A DNA stretch of 64,000 nucleotides from Actinomycetes bacterium. Its GTDB lineage: Bacteria; Actinomycetota; Acidimicrobiia; Acidimicrobiales; SZUA-35. A model generated the notes under the pieces. That model worked only from the letters and a program-made list of their open reading frames with translations. It was not told the DNA's origin and searched no databases. The stretch covers positions 16,364 through 80,363 of the forward strand of contig JAJRXF010000013.1 in NCBI GenBank assembly GCA_024276425.1, in the 5' to 3' direction. Made by a program: the position numbers and the translations under genes. Below, in pieces: positions 55,280-64,000 of this stretch (positions are counted from its first letter, which is position 1; each line of letters starts with the position of its first letter).

Positions 55280-56101
55280 GTGAAACTCACGAAACATCAT
55301 GGACTTGGAAATGACTTTCTCATCGCGGTTCAGCCGGCGCGCTCCTTGGATCTCACCGACGCAATTGGATGGTGCGACCGGCGACGTGGAATAGGCGCCG
55401 ATGGACTGATTGAGTTGCGGTCCTTGAGTGCTCCCAGCGAGCAAAGCCCGGCTCTGTGGGCCATGACCTTGTGGAATGCAGATGGGGGCGTGGCCGAGGT
55501 TTCGGGAAATGGGCTTCGCTGCGTTGGTCAGGCCTTGGCCATGCAGGCGAACATCACCGATGCCTGCTCGTTTCTTGTTCGTACCGGCGGAGGAATCCGG
55601 CGAGTTGATGTCGAACCGGACCGGCGTGCTGGCAACCACAACGTTCGGGTGGAGATGGGAACGGCAACCGCCGATCTCGACGTATCAGGCCGGTGGGGCG
55701 AACTTGGTGTGAAGGTCGATCGACAGGTTGGTGTGTCGATCGGGAACCCTCACTTGGTTGCTCTCGTTGACCATCCTGAGGCCCTTGACCTTGGGGTCAT
55801 TGGTCCAATTGTTGAGTCCGACTACCCAACAGGTGTCAACGTTCACCTTGTGCGGGTCGATAGCCCTAGTTCTTTGACAATGAGAGTGTGGGAGCGAGGC
55901 GTTGGCATCACCCAGGCCTGTGGGTCTGGGGCCTGTGCTGCGGCGTGGGCCACTCGCCAATGGGGTCTGATCGAAGATGAGGTAGAGGTAAAGATGACGG
56001 GTGGGGCGGTCACGGTTCAGATGGAATCGGATGGTAAGGCGGACAGTATTTGCTTGGTCGGGCCGGCAACCTTCATTGGCACGGTGATTCCCAGTGAATG
56101 A
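55280..56101 (+). CDS. dapF: Diaminopimelate epimerase
   Basis: 'KHHGLGNDF' and the catalytic Cys motifs 'SGNGLRCV' and 'TQACGSGACAAA'. GTG start. Confidence 0.93.
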   Translation: MKLTKHHGLGNDFLIAVQPARSLDLTDAIGWCDRRRGIGADGLIELRSLSAPSEQSPALWAMTLWNADGGVAEVSGNGLRCVGQALAMQANITDACSFLVRTGGGIRRVDVEPDRRAGNHNVRVEMGTATADLDVSGRWGELGVKVDRQVGVSIGNPHLVALVDHPEALDLGVIGPIVESDYPTGVNVHLVRVDSPSSLTMRVWERGVGITQACGSGACAAAWATRQWGLIEDEVEVKMTGGAVTVQMESDGKADSICLVGPATFIGTVIPSE

Positions 56102-57584
56102 GGGTCCCAATTCTGCGATCTCACCCGACATCTCGGCGTTGGAGTCAACCGACTCCAACCAAAACCCAGAATCCGAGGACGATTGGGTTCCGGGAGCAGA
56201 TCCCGGGGAAGTGGCGGAGAACGTCGACTCTCACCGTGGAGCGCTCGGCGATTTTGGCCGCGATGCCATGGATACCGAAGCTGGTTTTCTCGACCGCAGC
56301 TTCCGGGAGCGGATTGTAATCGTGGGGGTGACCAGGGATGGTCACGACACCCAAGACACCGAGGCTTCACTCGACGAACTGGAACTCCTGATCGATACAG
56401 CGGGCGCCGATGCGGTTGATCGTGTGACCCAGCGACGCGCTCGGCTCGATCCGGCGACCCTGGTGGGCAGGGGAAAGGTTCAGGAGATTCTTGAGGCGTG
56501 TTTGGCAGTGGATGCTGACACTGTGGTCTTCGACGATGAACTCAGCCCGGCCCAGCAGTTCAACCTGGAGCGGATTCTCCAGCGCACTGCGCTTGATCGA
56601 ACGGCGGTGATTCTGGACATCTTCGCCCAACACGCAACATCGGCCGAAGGCAAGGCCCAAGTCGAGCTAGCCCAACTTCGCTACAACCTCCCTCGTTTGA
56701 GGGGCAAGAAAAACTACTCCCAACAGGGCGGGGGCATCGGTACGCGGGGTCCGGGTGAAACCCAGATTGAGGTTGACCGTCGACGTTTGGTGCGCCGCAT
56801 GCACAAGTTGGAAAAGGACCTCGTTGGGATCTCAGCCCGACGGTCCAATCAGCGTAAAGCCCAGCACCGGTCCCCATATAAATCAGTCTCAATAATTGGC
56901 TATACCAATGCTGGTAAGTCAACACTTCTCAGAGCCATTACCGGCGCAGCAGTCAAGATCGAGGACCGGCTATTTGCCACCCTCGATCCAACGACTCGCA
57001 AGACGCAGATGCCAGGAGGGGAGCAGGTCCTTTTGACGGACACGGTGGGCTTTGTCCGAAAGCTCCCTCATCAGTTGGTCGAGGCGTTCAAATCGACCCT
57101 CGAAGTTGTGGCTGACGCCGATCTACTAGTTCACGTTGTCGACGGTGCCGGGGTGGACCCCTATGGTCACATTGACGCTGTTCGCGAGGTGTTGCGTGAG
57201 ATCAATGCCGACAAGGTTCCGGAGCTTGTCGTTTTCAACAAGGCGGATCTCGCCGCTCCGGATGGAGAGATAGACGTCGTGACGCGTCTCGCCAGACAAA
57301 ACCATGGTGCGGTTGGTGTGTCGGCGGCGACCGGGGTAGGAATTGATGTGCTCCGAGAGGCAATCGTTGACGCATTACACGCCATGTCGCGTAACTATGA
57401 ACTCTTTATTCCCTGGGATAGGGGCGACATCTTGGCGGCAGTCCACCGGGAGGGTGATGTGATGAGTGAACAAACTGAGGAGAAGGGTATGCGGGTAGAA
57501 GCGCGTCTCGAGGATGCTTCGGCCAAACGGTTGCGGCGGTTCGTGACGGCCGAACTCTCGTTCCAGGACGAGAGTTACCAATGA
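56094..57584 (+). CDS. hflX: GTPase HflX (acidic N-terminal extension; start uncertain)
   Basis: HflX N-domain 'LDELELLIDTAGA' and 'VVFDDELSPAQQFNLERIL'. G-domain motifs 'IIGYTNAGKSTLL', 'DTVGF' and 'NKAD'. Confidence 0.92.
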   Translation: MNEGPNSAISPDISALESTDSNQNPESEDDWVPGADPGEVAENVDSHRGALGDFGRDAMDTEAGFLDRSFRERIVIVGVTRDGHDTQDTEASLDELELLIDTAGADAVDRVTQRRARLDPATLVGRGKVQEILEACLAVDADTVVFDDELSPAQQFNLERILQRTALDRTAVILDIFAQHATSAEGKAQVELAQLRYNLPRLRGKKNYSQQGGGIGTRGPGETQIEVDRRRLVRRMHKLEKDLVGISARRSNQRKAQHRSPYKSVSIIGYTNAGKSTLLRAITGAAVKIEDRLFATLDPTTRKTQMPGGEQVLLTDTVGFVRKLPHQLVEAFKSTLEVVADADLLVHVVDGAGVDPYGHIDAVREVLREINADKVPELVVFNKADLAAPDGEIDVVTRLARQNHGAVGVSAATGVGIDVLREAIVDALHAMSRNYELFIPWDRGDILAAVHREGDVMSEQTEEKGMRVEARLEDASAKRLRRFVTAELSFQDESYQ

Positions 57585-58702
57585 GTTCCGATGCTTTTGT
57601 ACCCCCTCCCTATCCCTATGAGCGTCTCGATCCCCTGAAGGATCTGGCCATGAGCCACTCCGGTGGCGTCATCGACCTGTCCATTGGCTCACCATGTGAC
57701 CCGGCTCCGGACTTTGCGGTTGCCGCGTTGGCCAACTCGGGAGCCGAGGTGACCTATCCACCTTCTATTGGAACCGAAGTATTTCGCTATGGGGCTGCGG
57801 CCTGGCTCAATCGTCTGGTTGGAACGAATCTGGAGGCCGACGATGTGCGGGCCACCATCGGGTCTAAAGAACTCGTAGCCGGAATGCCTCACTGGCTTCG
57901 GTTGCGACGTCCCGATCGAGACACGGTGTTGTACCCCGCGGTGAGCTATCCCAGTTACGCTATGGGGGCAACCCTGGCTGGGTGTCGGGCCGTTCCGGTT
58001 TCTATGACCGAGGACTGGTCGATCGACCTGGACACGATCGACCCCTCCGACACGGATCGGGCCCTGTGCCTCTGGGTAAACTCGCCCGGAAACCCGGCTG
58101 GTGGTCTGGATGATCTTGGGGCAGTAGCGAGGTGGGGACGTTCTCACGGAGTCCCGGTTCTGTCGGACGAGTGCTACATCGAGTTTACTTGGGATGGCCC
58201 CCCTCACTCGATTCTTGAACATGGCCTCGATGGGGTGATTGCGGTGCACTCGCTCTCGAAACGTTCGAACCTGGCTGGTGCACGCGCTGGTTTCTATGCT
58301 GGCGATGGAGAACTGATCCACTACATCAGTGAGGTTCGCAAGCACGCCGGATTCATGCCACCGGGCCCGGTGCAATCAGCTGCGGTTGCGGCTTTGGCAG
58401 ATCAAGCCCATGTCGAGAGCCAAAGACTGAGGTATCGGGATCGCCTTGAGGCGATGCGCCTTGTGCTGGCCAGAGTCGGGGTGGAAGCCCCGCTGCCCCG
58501 AGGGGGATTTTATCTTTGGGCACAAGCCCCAGACGGTAACTCCTGGGGCCTGGCTGAACGATTGGCCCGCCAGGCCGGAGTACTGGTCAGCCCAGGTGAG
58601 TTTTACGGGCCAGCCGGTGCACAACACATTCGGGTGGCCGTGGTGCAACCGGCAGACAAGATAGCCCTGGCGTCGGAGCGGCTCGATCGAAATGGAGTCT
58701 AA
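57581..58702 (+). CDS. dapC: Succinyldiaminopimelate transaminase (class I aminotransferase)
   Basis: 'YPYERLDPLKD...GVIDLSIGSPCDPAP', 'WVNSPGNPAG' and 'SLSKRSNLAGARAGF' (PLP-Lys). It sits directly upstream of dapE. Confidence 0.82.
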   Translation: MSSDAFVPPPYPYERLDPLKDLAMSHSGGVIDLSIGSPCDPAPDFAVAALANSGAEVTYPPSIGTEVFRYGAAAWLNRLVGTNLEADDVRATIGSKELVAGMPHWLRLRRPDRDTVLYPAVSYPSYAMGATLAGCRAVPVSMTEDWSIDLDTIDPSDTDRALCLWVNSPGNPAGGLDDLGAVARWGRSHGVPVLSDECYIEFTWDGPPHSILEHGLDGVIAVHSLSKRSNLAGARAGFYAGDGELIHYISEVRKHAGFMPPGPVQSAAVAALADQAHVESQRLRYRDRLEAMRLVLARVGVEAPLPRGGFYLWAQAPDGNSWGLAERLARQAGVLVSPGEFYGPAGAQHIRVAVVQPADKIALASERLDRNGV

Positions 58703-59793
58703 TGACCGACCTTCTGGCTCTCGCTGCGGAACTGGTCGATCGTCTCTCAGTGTCATTTGAGGAGGCTGGATTTGTCCATTGGTTGCAGTCCGAGCTTCAA
58801 GAACTGTCACATCTTGAGGTCACAAGGGTGGGGGACAATCTGGTGGCCCGCACCAATCTTGGTCGGGCGCAGCGACTGATTCTGGCCGGGCACACCGACA
58901 CCGTTCCGGTGAATCACGACCCCGATCTGCCCGGTGGGAGCAATGGCTTTGCCCGTCTTCAAGACGATGTCCTATGGGGGGTTGGATCAGCCGACATGAA
59001 GGGAGGACTGGCTGTATTCTTGGACCTCGCCCGGACTGTTCCAGAGCCGGTTGTCGATTTGACCTATGTGTTTTATGCCCGGGAGGAAGTTGGTCAAGAA
59101 CACAATGGTTTGGCCGAGTTGGCCAAACTTCGTCCGGACTTGTTGGTCGCTGATTGTGCTGTGCTGGGTGAACCAACCGATGGGGTGATCGAGGCTGGCT
59201 GTCAGGGAGCGATGCGGTTGGAGATTACCCTCCGCGGCGCTAGAGCCCATACCGCTCGGCCGTGGATGGGACGCAATGCCGTCCATCGCTTGGCTGGGAT
59301 CCTGACCGACCTCAGCAGCTATGAACCCCGTCAGCCAGTCATTGATGAGTGCAAATATCGAGAGTCGATCCAGGCGGTGCACGTCGAGGGTGGTGTGGCG
59401 GGCAACGTCTTGCCGGATGAGGCAAAGCTTCGCGTCCACCACCGCTATGCCCCGGATCGAAGCGCCGCGGAGGCCGAGGCCTGGGTGAGAGAGTTTCTGG
59501 CTCCTCATCTCCAAGACGGCGACATGGTTACAGTCCTCGACTCGTCTCTGGCCTGTCCTCCTTCTCTCACCCATCCACTTCTTCAACAGTTGCGCACTCA
59601 TGCTGGGGCAGAGGTGCGGGCCAAGCTTGGCTGGACCGACGTAGCTCGTTTCGCCGAACTGGGTGTTCCAGCGACGAACTTTGGGGCGGGTGACCCCCTG
59701 GTCGCTCACACCCGAGATGAACACCTTCATCGGGCATCGATCGATCGAACCGGGGCCGCCTTGCGAGCACTCGTAACTAGCGCCTCAAAGTAG
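58702..59793 (+). CDS. dapE: Succinyl-diaminopimelate desuccinylase (M20 peptidase)
   Basis: 'LILAGHTDTVP', 'GVGSADMKGGLA' and 'YAREEVG', typical of actinobacterial DapE. TAATG overlap with dapC. Confidence 0.88.
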   Translation: MTDLLALAAELVDRLSVSFEEAGFVHWLQSELQELSHLEVTRVGDNLVARTNLGRAQRLILAGHTDTVPVNHDPDLPGGSNGFARLQDDVLWGVGSADMKGGLAVFLDLARTVPEPVVDLTYVFYAREEVGQEHNGLAELAKLRPDLLVADCAVLGEPTDGVIEAGCQGAMRLEITLRGARAHTARPWMGRNAVHRLAGILTDLSSYEPRQPVIDECKYRESIQAVHVEGGVAGNVLPDEAKLRVHHRYAPDRSAAEAEAWVREFLAPHLQDGDMVTVLDSSLACPPSLTHPLLQQLRTHAGAEVRAKLGWTDVARFAELGVPATNFGAGDPLVAHTRDEHLHRASIDRTGAALRALVTSASK

Positions 59794-59802
59794 GATGGCT
59801 GC

Positions 59803-60735
59803 ATGGTCAGCGAGAGACAACCCAGGGTCGAACTGGCGATCGAGACCAAGGAACTGACCAAGTACTACGGGAATCATCGTGGGATCGAATCTCTTTCCTT
59901 TTCTGTCCATGCCGGGGAGATCTTTGGCTTTCTTGGCCCGAATGGTGCCGGAAAGTCGACGACGATCCGAATCCTGATTGATCTCTTGCGCCCGACATCG
60001 GGCGAAGCTCGAGTGCTCGGTCTGGAGCCTCGGCAATCGTCGGTAGACCTGAGAAGGCGGATTGGCTACCTTCCTGGCGACCTGGCCATGTATGACCGGA
60101 TGACGGGCCGCGAAGTTTGCCGCTATTTCGCCGCATTGCGCCGGTTGGACACTGGGCCGGAGGTTGGGCGTTTAGCGGAACGTTTCCAGCTTGACCTTGA
60201 CCGGCCGATCAAGGACTACTCCACCGGCAACCGCCAAAAGGTTGGTCTGGTTCAGGCCTTCATGCACCAACCCGAGGTGTTGATCCTGGATGAACCGACC
60301 ACCGGTCTCGATCCGCTGATGCAGCAGGAGTTCTATGGGTTGTTGCAGGAGGCTCGAGACGACGGAAGAACAGTTTTGTTGTCCTCTCATGTTTTGCCGG
60401 AGGTGGAGCATGTTGCTGACCGGGTCGCGATTGTTCGAGAGGGAGCCATCGTAGTTGTTGAGGATGTTGAGACCCTCAAGGGGCGAGCGGTCCGGAGGAT
60501 GGGAATCGACTTCGCTCGGGCGGTTGAAGCCTCGGCATTTCTGTGTCTCTCTTCGGTCAGGTCGGCCGAGGAGTCTAACGATGGCCATCGCTTGGATCTA
60601 CGAATTGAGGGGGCGGTTGACGAGGTCGTTAAGGAGATGGCCAAATACGAGGTAGTGAACCTCTCTAGTGGTGGTGGTGACCTCGAAGAGGTATTCCTTG
60701 ACTACTACAGGCAACCCGAGGACGCAATGGAATGA
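59803..60735 (+). CDS. ABC transporter ATP-binding protein (ABC-2 / DrrA-like exporter type)
   Basis: Walker A 'GPNGAGKST', signature 'YSTGNRQKV', Walker B 'VLILDEPTTGLD', and H-loop 'LLSSH'. Confidence 0.92.
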   Translation: MVSERQPRVELAIETKELTKYYGNHRGIESLSFSVHAGEIFGFLGPNGAGKSTTIRILIDLLRPTSGEARVLGLEPRQSSVDLRRRIGYLPGDLAMYDRMTGREVCRYFAALRRLDTGPEVGRLAERFQLDLDRPIKDYSTGNRQKVGLVQAFMHQPEVLILDEPTTGLDPLMQQEFYGLLQEARDDGRTVLLSSHVLPEVEHVADRVAIVREGAIVVVEDVETLKGRAVRRMGIDFARAVEASAFLCLSSVRSAEESNDGHRLDLRIEGAVDEVVKEMAKYEVVNLSSGGGDLEEVFLDYYRQPEDAME

Positions 60736-61538
60736 TTGGAAGCATTTTTCGGACCAGTTTCCGGGAGCGCCGCAGCGCAACGGTGTGGTGGACACTCGGC
60801 ATGGTCTCCCTCGCGGTGGTAACGGTCTCGTTTTTTCCGACGATCCGCAATGACACGGAATCGTTTCAGGAGATGTTCGATTCCATGCCGGAGGGGTTGC
60901 TGACGGTTTTCGGCATCGATGACTCGACCCTGCTAATCACCCCATCTGGTTTTGTCAACAGCAGGCTCTACTCAGGAATCGGACCGATTGTGCTTTCCGC
61001 CTTTGGTGTTGGCTTAGGGACGGCGGCCATTGTCGGGGAGGAGGACCGTGGCACCCTGAACCTATTGTTGGCTCAGCCGATTTCTCGGACTCGGCTGGTA
61101 CTGGAGAAGTTCGCGTCGGTGACGGCATCAACCTTGAGTGTCGGAGGAGGAGTTCTTGGTGCCCTTGTTGTCCTGAACCCAATTGTGGATCTCGGTTTCC
61201 CGCTTGCCAATATGGTGGCGGCGAATGTCGGGCTCGTTCTCATGACCCTAGTGTTTAGCGCGTTCGCCTTGGCTATCGGATCGCTCACTGGGGACCGGGG
61301 GAGAACAATCGGGCTGTCGGTTGCGCTTGTTGTAGGGGCCTTTGTCATCAATGGTTTGGCTCCACTTATCGATTCACTTGCCTGGACCCGCCAATTCAGC
61401 CCGTTCTACTGGTTGCAAGGCCCAAACCGTTTGAGCAATGGGTTCAGCCTGGGTTATTCGTCGCTGATGGTGATCGCTATTGGAAGCCTCGTTTGTGTGG
61501 CGGTCTGGGGCCTCAACCGTCGTGACATCGATGTCTGA
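60732..61538 (+). CDS. ABC-2 type transporter permease
   Basis: 268 aa with about 6 TM segments and an ATGA overlap with the ATPase. No specific substrate family recognised. Confidence 0.8.
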   Translation: MIGSIFRTSFRERRSATVWWTLGMVSLAVVTVSFFPTIRNDTESFQEMFDSMPEGLLTVFGIDDSTLLITPSGFVNSRLYSGIGPIVLSAFGVGLGTAAIVGEEDRGTLNLLLAQPISRTRLVLEKFASVTASTLSVGGGVLGALVVLNPIVDLGFPLANMVAANVGLVLMTLVFSAFALAIGSLTGDRGRTIGLSVALVVGAFVINGLAPLIDSLAWTRQFSPFYWLQGPNRLSNGFSLGYSSLMVIAIGSLVCVAVWGLNRRDIDV

Positions 61539-61571
61539 TGACCCAAAAGGTGTTGCCATTTTTGTTCTTGG

Positions 61572-64000
61572 TCAGGTAGCGAGGGGATCCTCGGGCCACT
61601 CGTGTTTGGGGTAGCGGCCGCGTAGATCCCTTCGAATGTGTTGGTAACTGCCCCGCCAAAATCCGGGTAGGTCGGTGGTGATTTGGGTCGGGCGGTTGGC
61701 CGGAGATAGCAGCTCAATTACCAGTGGCACCTCGTTTGGTCCAAGCATCGGATGAGTGTCGAGACCGAACAATCGCTGCAGACGAACGGACAACACTGGT
61801 CGTCCGCTGGAGTAGTCGATGGGGGCGGAGCCGCCCCGGGGCAGGTGGAGTTTGGTCGGAGCCTGCAGATCGAAGCCCTGCCGCTGCTCCCAGTCAAGGA
61901 GCGCGAGCAAGGAACTCCCCAAATCGAGAGAGCGCAGCTGAGTTGGTGTCGTAATGGAGCTGAGTACCAGCCAGTCATCCAGCCGATCTAGGAGTGCAGC
62001 GTCTGTGACATCGGGCCAGGCCAGTGGAGCCTCTCGATGGAGCCAGGCCAGTCGTTGACGGATGGAGCCTGCCCGTGTACTCCAGGTCAGCACGTCCAGT
62101 CCGTTTTGTTCGATGGCTCGACCTAGGGCAGCTTGAAGACTCTGCCCGGAGGGGAACGCGATGTTGTGGCGATGCAGGGCGATGGCACCCAATCGTTGCA
62201 CGCGCTCGGCCCGGAAGTTCCCTGACTTGTGGTCATAGCCGATCTCATCGGCCCATTGGATGGATTCTTCGCAGGCTGCCAGAACCGTGGCCCGGTCGGT
62301 GCGAGCTGCCAGCCGGACCCGGGCGGAGCGTGCAGCACCGTCAGCCTCCACCACAACAATAAAAGCAGCGTCTTCCAGGCTTTCTCCAGCCCGTACCTCC
62401 ACCTCTCGTCCACTGGCCAACAGGAAATGACCTGGTCTTGCCTCTCTCGCAATCCCGACCCGATCGGGCCAGGTTCGGGCCAAAAGCTCTCCGCTTGAGG
62501 GGTCGGGATCCAGAGCGGGGATCTCCGGTTGTTTTTGGGTTGATGGTTCGAGGCGACGCTTGATCCGGTCTGTGGCCCGGCGAGTTTGCTGGTCGTTTCC
62601 ATGACGGTCCAGCACTCGGTCAAGGTCGAGGCTTACAAAGCGTCGATCGTTGTTGGTTAGCGCCGCAATTTGGAGGGCGAGATGTTCAGACCTGGTGCCC
62701 TGCGCGTCAAGTACGAGGGCAGCCATGCGGGGATCCAAAGGAAGGCGACCGGCGCGCCGGCCCTTGGGTGTCAGCCTTCCATCTGGGCGGACAAGTCCGA
62801 GACGGTTCAACGTGGCGATGGCTTGGTGAAGCCGGCGGCGACCTGGATGGTCCAAGAGGGGGAGGGCGGCCGCCTGTGGGTCTCCCCAGCGAGCGATCTC
62901 AAAGGCCACAAGGAGAGGATCGCCAACGAGGATTTCCGGGGGAACTGCTGCATCTAGGAGCCGATGGTCCTCCGCTGACCACAGGCGAAAACACACTCCG
63001 GGGCACGTTCGCCCGGCACGCCCTCGTCGTTGGTCAGCGGAGAATTGGGTAGTAAATCGGGTTTCTAGTCGCCCCAGCCCACTCAAGGGATCAAACCGCG
63101 CCCGACGGAGGAGACCACCATCGACCACGGCTTCCACTCCGGGCACGGTGATGGAAGTCTCGGCAACCGAGGTGGCAACAATCACGCGGCGCCCGCGTTG
63201 TTGTGGCCGCAGGATCTCGTTCTGAACTGTCTTTGGCGTGCCCCCGTGTAGGCCGATGGCAATGACGTCGGCGGGTACTTCGAGTGTGCTGAGTACCTGG
63301 TCAATCTCCCAGCGACCGGGTACAAAGGCCAAAACATCACGCTCGACTGAGGCAATAGCTTTACCAATGGCGTTGGCTACCGCCGGGGCGAACCCCTGAC
63401 GCGGAGGACGCTGCATGTACCGGGTCTGTACCGGAAAGGTTCGCCCCTTGACATGCAGGATGGTTGCGGACCCCAACAAGGCCGCGATGGGTTGGGGATC
63501 GATCGTAGCTGACATCACCACAATCCGCAGATCCTCACGGAGAGTGTCTCTGCTTTCCAGCGCCATGGCGAGGCCAAGATCGCTGTGCAGGTTTCGCTCG
63601 TGGAATTCGTCAAAAACGAGGGCTCCAACACCAGGAAGTTCGGGGTTGTCCTGGAGGCGGTTGGTCAATACGGCTTCGGTCACGACCTCAATACGAGTTC
63701 GGTTGGAAACATCGTGTTGCCCTCGAACGGTCAGCCCGACCAGCCCTCCTACCCGGTCGTTGAGCAGTTCGGCCAGTCGCTCGGCCGTTGCCCTGGCGGC
63801 GAGCCGTCTTGGTTCGAGAACGACAACTTTTTGGCCAGGCTCAATGGAGTTGGCTACGGCGAGGGGGATGAGGCTGGACTTGCCGGCCCCCGGTTCGGCG
63901 GTAAGGACCAGCGAAGGGGGTGAGGAAGAACCGGGGTTGAGTCTTAGGCAGTCGGTGACCTGATCTAACACTGCCTCGACGGGAAGGTTTGTGGTTGTCC
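61572..64000 (-). CDS. hrpB: ATP-dependent RNA helicase HrpB (DEAH-box); 5' end runs off the window
   Basis: 'LTAEPGAGKSS' (motif I), 'LVFDEFHERNL' (motif II), 'SATI', 'ATSVAETSITV' and 'QRRGRAGR' (motif VI), plus the HrpB C-terminal domain. The frame stays open upstream of GTG 63971 ('..NLPVEAVLDQV' is the usual HrpB N-terminus), so the true start is likely beyond 64000. Confidence 0.9.
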   Translation of the reverse strand, partial: TTTNLPVEAVLDQVTDCLRLNPGSSSPPSLVLTAEPGAGKSSLIPLAVANSIEPGQKVVVLEPRRLAARATAERLAELLNDRVGGLVGLTVRGQHDVSNRTRIEVVTEAVLTNRLQDNPELPGVGALVFDEFHERNLHSDLGLAMALESRDTLREDLRIVVMSATIDPQPIAALLGSATILHVKGRTFPVQTRYMQRPPRQGFAPAVANAIGKAIASVERDVLAFVPGRWEIDQVLSTLEVPADVIAIGLHGGTPKTVQNEILRPQQRGRRVIVATSVAETSITVPGVEAVVDGGLLRRARFDPLSGLGRLETRFTTQFSADQRRGRAGRTCPGVCFRLWSAEDHRLLDAAVPPEILVGDPLLVAFEIARWGDPQAAALPLLDHPGRRRLHQAIATLNRLGLVRPDGRLTPKGRRAGRLPLDPRMAALVLDAQGTRSEHLALQIAALTNNDRRFVSLDLDRVLDRHGNDQQTRRATDRIKRRLEPSTQKQPEIPALDPDPSSGELLARTWPDRVGIAREARPGHFLLASGREVEVRAGESLEDAAFIVVVEADGAARSARVRLAARTDRATVLAACEESIQWADEIGYDHKSGNFRAERVQRLGAIALHRHNIAFPSGQSLQAALGRAIEQNGLDVLTWSTRAGSIRQRLAWLHREAPLAWPDVTDAALLDRLDDWLVLSSITTPTQLRSLDLGSSLLALLDWEQRQGFDLQAPTKLHLPRGGSAPIDYSSGRPVLSVRLQRLFGLDTHPMLGPNEVPLVIELLSPANRPTQITTDLPGFWRGSYQHIRRDLRGRYPKHEWPEDPLAT

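Noticed and set aside
59803-64000. The ABC ATPase + ABC-2 permease + HrpB helicase neighbourhood, considered as a candidate defence locus.
   Set aside because: hrpB is convergent to the transporter pair. All three are ordinary housekeeping families, and no nuclease, methylase or other defence-associated domain is present.

Overview
This window reads as a densely packed core-chromosome segment of a high-GC Gram-positive bacterium (Actinomycetota). The gene order follows the conserved actinobacterial backbone: rpsB-tsf-pyrH-frr-cdsA-dxr-rseP-ispG, rimP-nusA-ylxR-infB-DUF503-rbfA-truB-ribF, rpsO-pnp-dapB, dapA-rnj-ftsK, rimO-pgsA-cinA-recA, gnd-zwf-glucokinase-pgl, miaB, ino1, then miaA-dapF-hflX-dapC-dapE, an ABC-2 exporter pair and hrpB. 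The moderate GC content and many low-complexity protein tails suggest an Acidimicrobiia-like lineage, but that is inference only. I call about 60 protein genes, mostly on the + strand, many with 1-8 nt start/stop overlaps that suggest translational coupling. I recognised no rRNA, tRNA, CRISPR array, transposase, integrase or phage gene. I do not see a convincing new multi-gene defence or mobile system. Four observations seem most worth a second look. (1) The essential infB gene carries an in-frame TAA about 70 codons before its conserved C-terminus, and the remaining C2-domain codons continue in the same frame. (2) A minus-strand accessory block (22.2-28.8 kb) holds a compact SQR-like flavoprotein / single-Cys TusE-DsrC-like / DsrE-like trio, next to a carotenoid-oxygenase and CrtI-like pair. 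(3) PNPase ends in an RGG-type tail built from four perfect 27-bp repeats and follows a 377-nt structured leader. (4) Several short perfect repeats and hairpins sit in intergenic regions: upstream of dapB, upstream of the pentose-phosphate operon, across the dxr stop codon, downstream of miaB, and a recA terminator hairpin that covers the next gene's start codon. All functional calls rest on motif and family recognition by eye from the supplied translations; no database search was run.
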